Shown piece after piece: positions 51,773 to 62,130 of a DNA stretch of 64,000 nucleotides (position 1 is the first letter of the stretch; every line of letters begins with the position of its first letter). Position numbers and translations under genes: made by a program. A model generated the notes under the pieces. It was given only the letters and a program-made list of their open reading frames with translations. It was not told the origin of the DNA and made no database searches. The stretch comes from Eimeria praecox (Eukaryota): contig OY986946.1 in NCBI GenBank assembly GCA_963920595.1, forward strand, positions 4,092,001 through 4,156,000, in the 5' to 3' direction.

Positions 51773-52215
51773 TGTGGCGCACGAGCATTACAATGTGGTC
51801 TCCGCTGAGTTGCTGACGAGTGAATTCGTCATAAAGCAGAGTATATAGAATATTTATCATATAATAGGGAGCTTTGAGACCACTATTGCGGTCGAATGGG
51901 CAGCCCGTGCCTACAGCCCTTAGGATTGGGGGGTGGCGGTCCCGTGGCGCTTGCCTCTTAGAGAGTGACGCGCTCTGTCCTACCTCTCCTTGAGGGCACT
52001 CAGACATTTAGAAGGGGAGACGTTTAAAGGGGAGACTTTTTAAGAAGGAACATCCTAAGAAGCCGGCTTTTGGACTTTGAATAGTCGGAACTTGATGTCT
52101 AATGGTTTCTGGTAAGGTACTCGCAGAGACATGAGTTAAGTAGGTACTGTGGATGTAAGCTTCGCAGGCCTTAGTTTGACGCAACGTCACCTACGTGACT
52201 AGGCTGTTCCCTACA
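51773..52215 (+). repeat. 3' LTR (443 bp), TG...CA ends
   Basis: Begins TGTGGCG and ends GGCTGTTCCCTACA; direct repeat of 49244-49684. Confidence 0.88.
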
Positions 52216-52231
52216 GAGTGCCCTCCCCCAC

Positions 52232-52281
<50 letters not shown>

Positions 52282-52305
52282 CAGGTTCGAACCCTGCCGG
52301 TACCG
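52232..52305 (+). tRNA. tRNA-Asn (GTT) copy 20
   Basis: Same sequence as copy 2; starts 16 bp after the 3' LTR. Confidence 0.96.
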
Positions 52306-52648
52306 CATTTTATTCATCTTACGCGAACCACAGCTGATCGTGGTGAAGCACTCTGCTGATTGTGCCAGAATTCGCCTTTGGGGAGGAGGACAGCACTAGC
52401 CAGACCTCCGATAATCGCCCTCATCCTCGCCCGAGAAATGCAGCTCCAACTCCCGGGAGAGGAGAAGCAGAAACGCCCCTCCGTTTCAAAAACGCACTTC
52501 TCAAGCGTTGGGATCTTCCAATAGTGCAAAGGTCAAGTGGGATTCCCCTTTGACATACATGATGGGGGACTCATGTTCGAGCCATCGCTGTTCTCCCGGC
52601 ACCGCCGAACAGTCACGGTGATCATGTTGAGCGGAAGGCGCGCGCCAC

Positions 52649-52698
<50 letters not shown>

Positions 52699-52722
52699 CA
52701 GGTTCGAACCCTGCCGGTACCG
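52649..52722 (+). tRNA. tRNA-Asn (GTT) copy 21
   Basis: Same sequence as copy 2; followed by a decayed spacer start to about 52800. Confidence 0.96.
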
Positions 52723-55700
52723 CATTTTATCCATCTTCCGCGGAGCAAAGCTGATCGTGGCGAAGCAGTCCGCTTATTGTGTCAGAAGGCCGTCTATGGT
52801 TAGGTCGTCGCCTGCGCACATTGTGAGCACGGTGAGCACCGCTTTGATTGTCTGACCGATTACAGGGATTATTCAAAGGATGAGAAAAACGGACCATTGG
52901 ATCGTATTTAAAAGGTATGGTAAGGTTCATGTTATCTTCATTATGGCGCTAAAAATGAAAGCCGATTCAACCTTCAGTCTAGTTGGGTGCTGCCACGTGG
53001 GCTTTTGCTTTTCAGCTAAACCTCGATGTGCACTGCACGTCTCTTCTTCAGCGCATCAAAAATGTGTGCCTGAACATCTACGAGCACGCGAAAGCTTGGC
53101 TGGTGCAGAACTGGTGGCTACGGTGAGCCTAGAACGCAACGTTAGCAACCAGTTGCTGCATCACAGTGGGCCCGGCAGGCAGGTCTCACGTTTCGTTAAG
53201 CGTGGTATTTAGATCGAAAGGGCGAAAGTATGTCAGCTTAAGGCATCCCAGGATGCAGCGAGCATACTGTCTGCAGCACAACAAATGTTAGCGGTCTTGA
53301 GGGACTCTGCGTATGTGTCATCACGGATTTCTCTGCCCGATAACCAGTTGTAGTGCTCCCCACTACAACTGAGAAAAAGGCCAGAAAGAAGTAAAAAAAG
53401 AGGAGTCGGGCGCTGAAGGAAGGGCGGAGAGCAAAGCCAAGTGAGGGCAGCCCACCACGGCTGTGGGATTAAGGAGCCCCACAACCCCACATTGGGTGCA
53501 TCACGCTGAGGGTCGCAGCCAAAGCTCGGGCGAATAACATCCAGAGCCCAGCAACCCTGAAATTAGTTTACTATATGTAAACTGCTTTAGCTCCCCTATG
53601 CCGCATGCTCTGTGTAATGTTGGTACGAGTACCAACATTAGCACGAGGAAGTAGAGGCACGAGTACCTCTACTTCCTCGCTCGTTCGCTATGGAAGACCA
53701 CACGCAGTCCACACTGGATTCTACAATGCTAGTGCATGTAGCAAAGGGGCATTGATTGTGGGTGCATATGGGCCTGTCTTGCAGGACTAGCTGCAGCCCT
53801 GTGCTTTGCACCGCATGGCAGGCCTTCCCGTTTCAGCCCGTGCGGTTGGGCAGCATTTTTGAGGATCCGTGAAGGCTGCTGGGGAGGGAAGCTGCATTTT
53901 GCGAACCCTTTCTTAAGCATTTGATTCTACTCCAGCTCTTGACGGTCCTCAGCTACGATGAGGGACTCTTCGTTACACCCTAATTAGATTTTTGTTGCAT
54001 TGTATACTGGTTTGCACGTGAGGCACAGGTAGGTGTTTAGATGCAATACACTGTCAGCCAATAAGCACTGGCATCCCACCCGTGTCAAATGCTCGTGTGG
54101 ATGATCCAGTTATTCATTGTTGATATTCGTTGACGCTGGGACAATGCAGTTGTTCACGCACCTTCTAGCTTTATCTAAAGTAGGAGTTGCCTGGACAACC
54201 GCGTGAACGGCTTGGCCAGGTGCACTGTGCATCAAATACTTGGCAGAGTATAAGCAGGCGGCATTATGCGTTGGACTGGCAAGCCCTTGGCAGCCGAGCC
54301 CCGACAAAGACTGTGTCGTCTGCTTGTGAAGTACAAGAGATGCTCCAGCTATTGGCTGTCCCCGTTCGGGAAAACAAGAATGGGGCAGAGATGACATTGG
54401 ATGAGCGCTTAAGGTATATTGACGCTGCCGATTCCGCTAGAGCTGCAGTGGAAGTCATCTGGCAAGATGCGTCTTTTACTATAAGAAAATACCATCGGCT
54501 TCTGATATTGCCTATCTCAGGGCGCAACAACTGAATAGTTTAAATGGATAGATGGGCGGTAACCGACGGCATCCCGACTTGGGATACGCGCGAAACGTCT
54601 TAGCGATGCATTCGCACCAGCCGCCGGAGAAAAAGACAATTTCCCCATGTATTAAGCCAGTATTGCGGGAACTCCGGCTCTAGGTGGACTGACCTTGAGC
54701 ACTGAGGCCGTGTTTGGTACGCCTTGATTGCCTACCTTCGGAGCAGGCTTTAAGAGTTTCTTTCACAGTAGGCGCAGGTGGCACGTGGCTTTGTAATAGC
54801 GCATGTCAATTTGGCCTCGATCGGTTCGTTGCTCGTTTTGGCAGCGGTGATTCTATTTGTCAAAGAAAAAATAGGAGTTCGCTGATTCACCGAAAATCGC
54901 CCGAATTCTGCCCCCCGTACAGCAGAATCAACCAAAGCAACAAGGCTAACGGCACCGGCAACAACTGTCTGCATTATTGATCGCAGCAGCAAGTGAACAC
55001 CAGGCAAAAAGAAGGGACGGAGGGGAGGGGAGGCAGGGGTTGGAAAATAGGCCTAGAGCATAGCACGGTGGGCGGGCGTTTATCGTTTGCTCAGCTTAGG
55101 TTTTTCTCTGTGGAATTGCAGCACGCATCGGTTTCCCCTTGTAATGCGAGCCCTCAGCTGTAGCCAAGGATGGTCGCGAGTTGCAACAGATTCAAGGACT
55201 AAAAGAAAGCGCTCGTCAAAAAACAGGTAGCTTCTCTCCCGGCCCCAGGCGTTCTCAGTGCAGTGGCTCAGGCCCTGGGGCTGCGGGAGAAGAACCGTCC
55301 TGGCAGGAGTTAGAGCGCATCGGGCTGCAAATAATGATGCAAGACAGCACTAAATGCAAGGGCAGCCGAACCTTCTTTACTGCATGCATTATCTCTGTAG
55401 GCGTTACGTACGCACGGACTCTAATGCAGCACTCGCCAACGTGGACGTCATCGGTGGGCTATACGCACGCCATCAGCGTTCTCGTGTTGATTGTCAAAAT
55501 AGTACATGCATCGAATCGCACTCCGTTGCCCTTCTTTTTAGGCTTTAGCGGCAGGAAAGTCTGCAGCGCGAAGTTCAACAGCAGGCGATACAACAGTAAG
55601 CGTTGGGGCAGCAAGCCGTGCGGCAGCAGGCCAAGCAAAAAAATATGACCTGGCGGCAAGAGTAGCAGCAAGCTACCCAATTGTATGAGAGGAAGCAGGA

Positions 55701-57193
55701 GGAACCAATAGATCCCCAGGAGAAACACCACTTTTGCAGGAACAAGAGCGGTAGGGACCCTGCCCTCCATCCGCCCACCTCTTGATGGGCGGCCAGGCAC
55801 ACAAGGATGCATGCCTAGTGGGGAAAGCGGGGAGCGGCCGTACACGTCAGGATCCTAAAGTTGAAACGAACACTTTTACGTGCTTGCAGGTTGCCTATAG
55901 GGGGCTAAGGAAGTGCTTAGCAATTCTCTACGGAATATTAGTGCACACAACAACCATCAAGGGGGCTTTTTTGTGATCGCTTGGTGAGCTGCCCTGCTGT
56001 CGTACGTGCATCAAGGCGAGTTGCAACTCCGGACAGTTGTATGCGAGCAACTATAGTGCGCCATAGATCCCGAGCAAAAAGCAGAAAATACCATCTTCCT
56101 TAGAGTGAAATCTATCCCCTCGTGGCGCATCTTCACCTGGAACAGCGTTACGCTGTAGCAGTGCTACAGCAGTGTAACGGAGTCCTCGATCTTATCCGAG
56201 TACCGTAACAAGCTGCAGTAGTGTCAAATGCTTGAGAAACAGTTCTCAAGAAGCAACTGACCTCCCGCACAGCATCCTGGCGCCCTGCGCACCGCTGTCC
56301 AACTGCCTGGGGTGGTCAGGACATGGAAATGCGTGTCACCGGCTGCAAGGGACCTTGCCGTTTCTAGGATGCCATGGCATTCCCACTTAAACGCACAGCT
56401 AGTGCCCTTCCGCTGGACGCACTAGCATTGTAGACTGTAGTATAGGCTGCATTTAAACACTTACTTGATCTATTCTGCAAGCAAGTAGGGATAGGAGTAG
56501 AAGCATCGCTCAAGAGCATGCTGCATCTCACACCCAAGTTGCTTTCCCTGTCCACTGCATCCGGTGCACACGTAACTCGGTATTCCCCTTGTCTCCATGT
56601 GATATCCCAAGTAATCAAATTTTGGTGCTTGCGTGGAATAAGTATGTTTGGTAATAGGGGAATTTGCCACTACAGCCCCATTTGGGACGAGCTCAACGCT
56701 GCTTCAGTTGCTACGAAAGAAAAATGACGACTCAGCTTTAGGTGCAAGCTCTAATCAGATCGCCAAGCTGATCCCTGCTGCACATGAAAAACCGAAATAT
56801 ATTGAATTTAGGGATGCTGAACTGTTAACTAGAAGTGAGTTCCCGTCGTAGGGCGTTCCCGCTCTATTCTTGCAGTCTCATCCAGCCCCAATCACTGCCA
56901 CATGTGCCTTGTTCCTACTGCGCACAGTCCAATTCCTACGACGGGGAATAATTGAGTTTTACTCTGCTTTTAATCATTTGTCTACTGTATTAGCAGTCTT
57001 TCTCTCCGGATCCCGGCACTTGGTAGTGCCAGGCACTACACCCCTAGCCTCCCGTTGCTCTCGCTGTCTTTCTGTCCCCAATCGGGCGCCTTTGGGGCCC
57101 TCAGCTCTGCCTCCTTTCCTGCCACCCGCACGTGTATCATTTCGCCTGCTGGGGCCCCTTCTTAAATCCACAGGGGGCCCCCTACCCGCAGAG

Positions 57194-60100
57194 ATGGACG
57201 GGAGCTTCCAGGCACCCCATGGTGCCTCAGCGGGCCTTTCTGGAGGGCCCCCACCTCTACCGGGAGGCCCGCCTTCCGTAGGAGGTCTCCCTTCTGGCGC
57301 TTTTCCAGGGGCCGCGAATGCGGGGGGATCCCTGCCTCCTCTGCTACCTGGCTTGCCGTACCCACCTCAGGCGTTGTTGCCTGGCACGGGCGGTCCAGGC
57401 ATAGCTCCGTCTGTAGTGGGGCCCTCGCCTGGTATGGGTCCTGGATCTGCGGCAGGGGAGGAAGGAGGCGGTCCGTCAGGCGGCGCGCCGTCTTGGACTT
57501 TAGAGGGCAGGGGTCGTGCGGAGGGTGCCCCGCGGCAAGGCTCAACGGGGGGCCGCAATCTGTACATCCACAACGTGTCTAAGGAGGCGCGCGAGGCGGA
57601 CGTGAGGGCTTTTTTTTCGCAGTGCGGCGAAGTGGAAAGCGTTGCCCTCAGAGTCAACCAGCGGGTTGGGCCCAACGCTGTGTACGCCTTCGTTCTTTAC
57701 AAGAACGCCGAGGACGCCAGACGCTGTTTCGAAACTCTCAACGGAAAAACGTTTAGTGAGGCAGCAGAAGCACGTTCATGCATTTCAAGGTGGCTAGCAC
57801 GCTATCCAGAGTTTGTGGTGGTTGCATGGGGTCTTGTGCTGGGTTGCCTTACACCAGCTCGTCCATATCGCCAGCTGTTGTGTAGACTGTCTGTTTCACT
57901 GGGTATATGCCCCCGTGGGCAGCTTGTCGTGCACATTTTTCTTGATTCTGTGTTTGCCGTTGCTGGGGTTGCGCAGTGGGCCGCTGTGTCCGCGTAGAGT
58001 ACCAACGGGGACGCGCCGGGGGCCGCAACGGCGGGGCAGATGATGCAGGCTCTGAGGCGGGCAGCGAAGCGCATGCAGCAGCTGCTGCGGGGGGCAGCAG
58101 CAATAGCAGCAGGCGGCCGAATAGGGGCAAGCAACACACAGAGAGGGGAGGAAACCGAAGCGACAGAGACTGGGACAGAAGGGGCCGACAGCCCATGAGA
58201 CCGATGGTGAGGGCCGCAAAGTCATAAGCGTTACACTGTAGAAGCTGTCAGACCCTTAAGCGTTAAGAAGGTCGGCAAAAAGCTTTCGGTGCTGGAGTTG
58301 AGAGGGGGACGACGGTGTTTGATCTGAGCAGACTTTGGAGCAAAGGGTTATTTAGGGTAGAATTTAGGCTTTAGGGCTTAGGGTTTGTGTGCAGGACGAC
58401 GAGCGCCGGGATGGGGATCCGCGGATAAGGGAGTGGGGCCACGAAGAGGAGGCGGTAAGCAGCCCGAAGGCCAGGTCTCTAGAAGGTGTATTTGTTGCTT
58501 TGTGAAACTCTCAGTCACTTGTTAGAGCGTTTAGGCTGGCGTAGGGGCGAAGCTGCATGAGCACTTGTTGTTTAGGGGCTTTGTTTCTTGCAAGCCCAGC
58601 ACTAGGTGTTGAGTCTGTTGCCTTGTGAAGGGAAAGTGCTTTGCTTTCTTACCCCTCCATTTTATGGAAACGATATCTATATGTAGAGTGCGGGTATGGT
58701 GGAGTACAACCAGAGAGGGATTGCCTTGGCAGAGGAGAGGACAGAAAGAGGAGTATTGGGGCACCCATGGAGGGGATATACTGTGAGTTGCCCCTGCTTT
58801 ATGAATAAATGCAGCCGCAAGGTTTGCTTCTGCTGGCTTGCTGCTGCAGATGTATCGCCGGGACGGCCACAATGGCCTTATGCTTCCTCCACAGCCCCAG
58901 CCACCGCCGCAACAACAGCAGCAGCCTCCGGAGCAGTCGCAGCAGCAGCTGGAGGTTCCGGTAGCTCGGGAGCCGCTCTTGCTGTTCCCTTTGCTGCAGC
59001 AACACCGGGCCCGGCAGGGCTTTCCGTTTCTCAAAGACTTCTCTTCTTCTCCTGCTGCGGCTGCTCCTGCTGCGGCATCCGGCCTACCTGCAGCCCCAGC
59101 AGGAACAGGGTCTGCGGGGGCGCCATGTGGCGCAGGTGCGCAGTGGAGGTGGACTTTGGGACGCAATGACCGCAAGAAAGTTGCGGTCACAGCCCTCTGT
59201 CTACAGGGGGAGGTCCCGCTGGAGATGCAGCAGGTACGCAAGTTCGCTGCTGCTGCTCTCTTCGCTGCTACTGGCCTTATCCATTCCCTTTTCGTCGATA
59301 TTCCATTTTTTCGCGGAGTCTGGAGACCTAAAGGGCCGGTTTTAGTGTTTATGGGCTTAGGGTTTGGGGTACACGCTTCGTTTTCGCGCAGCTGCAAACT
59401 ATGTTGAACGTCAGCCACCGCAGCAAGTGTGAAGAATTGGCCCTCAAACCCATGGATGCGGCGGTGTTGCTGCAACCTGCCTCCCCCGAGAACGACGCTG
59501 CCTTCAATGAATATGTGTCGTATTTCAGGTCAAAAGAACGGGTACGCCGGTGTTTCCGTTGCTGCTGGTGCTGTCGCAGGGCGTGCACGCTTTAGATGTT
59601 GGAACGAATGTAACGCTGTCCAGTAACGGTTCTTGAAGCTTTGCCGCTGCGACCTCGAGAGCATTGGCTGCAGGGGGCACTGCTGTCAAGGAAACTGCTG
59701 TTGCTGCAAGTTGTGCTGCAGCTGGGTTGGCGTCTCTGCTGCTGTTGTTTTTGCTGCAGGCTGGCGTGGCCTGCTTGCCCGGTGGAGTGTTTTTGTACTT
59801 TGTTCCCCCTGGGTTCCAGGTCTTCGACAAGTACAGATATCTCTTCCCGCAGCACCTCAGGAACAGCAACTCAGTGTACGCGTACTGGTTCCGATGCTGC
59901 AGAAGCTGCTGGTGTCGCTGATGCTGCGGCAACCTGTTGCAGACGCCTCTTCTAATTCACCGCTTTCTCCAGTGCAGTTGTTTTTGCTTGTGCATTTCGT
60001 TAGCATCGCCTGGTGTACCTTTTTAATGGTGGCTTTAGCAGCAGCAGAAACCGTTTGCTCTTTGCTGCAGCAGAAGGTGCACCGCTCTCCACATTGCATG

Positions 60101-60758
60101 TTGCCGTGCGTTTTTCAGGATGATTGGGCTCTTGGGACCCTCCCCTCACTCGGGATCTACCGGATCTGCTGCAGTAGCGTCGCATGCACAGTCCGAACAG
60201 CAGCAGCAGCCACAGCAGCAGTGGCAGCAGCAGCAGTTGCCGGCGTCTGCACCGCAACAGGCATGGCCGCAGCAGCAGCCTTGGCAGCCACAGCAGCAGC
60301 AGACACAGCCGCAGCCACAGCAACAGCCACAGCAGCAGCCACAGCAGCAGCAGCCGTCATGGCAGCAGCCGCAGCTTCAGCAAGGCTGGGCGCAGCAGCA
60401 GCAGCCTTCGCAAGTTAAACAGCAGTTTGGAGTAACTCAGTCGTGGCAACAGCCTCCGCCTCAACAGCCGCAGCAGCAGCCGCAGCAGTGGTCACCAGAT
60501 CCTCTGCAGCAGCCGCAGCAGCAAGTGCCTCCGATGCAGCAGCAACAGCAAGTACCTCCAATGCAGCAACAACAGCAACCGTGGCAGCAGCAACAGCAGC
60601 AGCCGCAGACTTGGCACCAACAACCGCAGCAGCAGCAAAGCGGCAGTTCTCAGAACAGCTTGCCGGAGCAGCAGCAGCAGCAAGAGGGGCCAGCAGGGGG
60701 CATTAGCTGGATGCAGCAGCTAAGCAACATGGCCGCCTTCTTAGGCGCCAAAAAGTGA
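57194..60758 (+). CDS. Multi-exon RRM + SPOC-like protein (Spen/RBM15/FPA-like architecture) with Q-rich C-terminus
   Basis: RRM: RNLYIHNVSKEAREADVRAFFSQCGEVESV...YAFVLYKNAEDARRCFETLNGKTF|MGRCVRVEY. SPOC-like exons: WRWTLGRNDRKKVAVTALCLQG, MLNVSHRSK, PASPENDAAFNEYVSYFRSKER|AGVACLPGGVFLYFVPP. Terminal Q/P/W-rich exon ends MAAFLGAKK*. Confidence 0.78.
58341..58387 (+). repeat. Degenerate telomere-like TTTAGGG heptamers, intronic
   Basis: AAAGGGTTATTTAGGGTAGAATTTAGGCTTTAGGGCTTAGGGTTTG. Similar runs occur near 29151-29168, 59341-59370 and 63322-63357. Confidence 0.7.
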
Positions 60759-62130
60759 AGCAGTTGTCCCCTGCTGTTGATGGCGTTGCTGCTCCTGCCG
60801 CAGCAAAGGCCTTAGCAAGTGTAGGAGAACGTGAAGCCACTGCTGTTGCTTGCACCTGTTGTTTTGCCCTCGCTACAGTATCATTTTGGTGGCTGAAAGG
60901 CTTTGTGAATGGATGGGTTGCTTAGTTAAGGGGCACCTGGGTTTGTGGCTAGCAGCTAGCTAGCCGGGACTCGTCAGGCCATGGCCGTTTGTCGTTTTGA
61001 CCTCTGCCGGGCCACCGGCGACAGCAGTAGTTTCAGCAGCAGCAATAGCAGCAGGAGCCGCTGTTGCTGCCTTCAGTTCCGCCTGCTGTTTGCTGCATGG
61101 TGCCCAACGGGTTGTGCCTTCAGCTGTCTACAGTTCATTGGCGCCGTTCTGTGGAGGGGAGGGGAAGGGAAATGGCCAGGCTTGTGCGGCGCTGACGATT
61201 TCTCTGTGTGAGGGGAGAGAGCCAGTGGTGCCTGCGCTGCAGCGCTCTTGTTGAACGCGGGATGGATGGTCAAAACACAGAAGTGCACAATAGGAGAGAT
61301 GCGAGAACAGAGAGAGGCAGACAGATAAGTACAACTGGACAGAAAGAAAAGGTTAGAGGAAAATTTAGGCAGAAAAGCCAGGCAGGTAGAGAGTGGAGTG
61401 GCAGCGAGGACTGTCCGACAGACTGACACGCAGGGGCCTACTAGGCAAAAACAGCGCCAGAGCGCAGACCGCATCACACCCTCTTACTCCAAGACCCGAC
61501 AGCTCAATCCCCCTAAAAGTACGCCGTGTATTTGAATAGGAGCGGAGGCATATTCAAAAGTGCATGGATCTTTCGTGTCCAACTGTGTTTGCGATATTCA
61601 TGGGTTTGCACGGCCCTTCTGTCTCTGGCTGAAGCTGCATTATTTGCATGGGTTGATGTCAGCTGGCCCCTCATCGTACCCCTTCCATCTTTTCCATTTC
61701 GGGCCAGTCTCCATCTCGCGTTGCCAGCCTAGGTGCATTTCTGTTCCTGTTTCCCCTTGTGTATACCCCCTCCTTTTACGCATTTGCGGATTTCTTTGCC
61801 GTTCCATGTCTGTCCCTGGCTTCGTCAGTCTGTGTGTGTGTCCTCCCCTGGAATGACAAACGAGAGCTGAATTGTTTTCCCTAGCTTATGTGTCCTGCTG
61901 TAATGCGAAGAATGATATTGCCCACCTAAGTGAAAACCCCTCCAAAGCGTCTTGCCCACCGACTACAACTGTGGCAAACCGTTGTGGCAGCATCTGCATA
62001 GCCCGTCCCAACATCTCCCTTTGCTGCGGGGTTCCTGAGGGCCTCCGAGGCCATATGCAGCCCCAGAGCGACCTAAAGGGCGCTAACTTAAGGCTTTTGG
62101 CGCCCTGGAAGAGGGAAGGTCGTGTCTATG

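Larger units (their letters stand above)
49244..52215 (+). mobile_element. Degenerate, internally deleted Ty3/gypsy-type LTR retrotransposon (about 2.97 kb)
   Basis: Two diverged direct repeats of about 440 bp, a PBS-like site after the 5' LTR and a purine tract before the 3' LTR. Internal remnants of a gag zinc knuckle, the retropepsin and the pre-RT linker; no RT, RNase H or integrase motifs seen. Confidence 0.88.
39063..52800 (+). repeat. Tandem tRNA-Asn(GTT) gene array: 21 copies, units 414-687 bp, interrupted by an LTR element at 49244-52215
   Basis: Start-to-start spacings are 549,549,552,549,549,549,549,552,552,552,687,414,552,687,414,552,414,552,3395,417. Spacers are near-identical and carry 1-3 copies of a 135-bp sub-repeat. 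Confidence 0.97.

Noticed and set aside
54187..55800. ORF 54187-54534 and a stop-interrupted Q-rich stretch near 55550-55750
   Set aside because: No recognisable homology or coherent exon chain; may be decayed coding sequence but cannot be supported.
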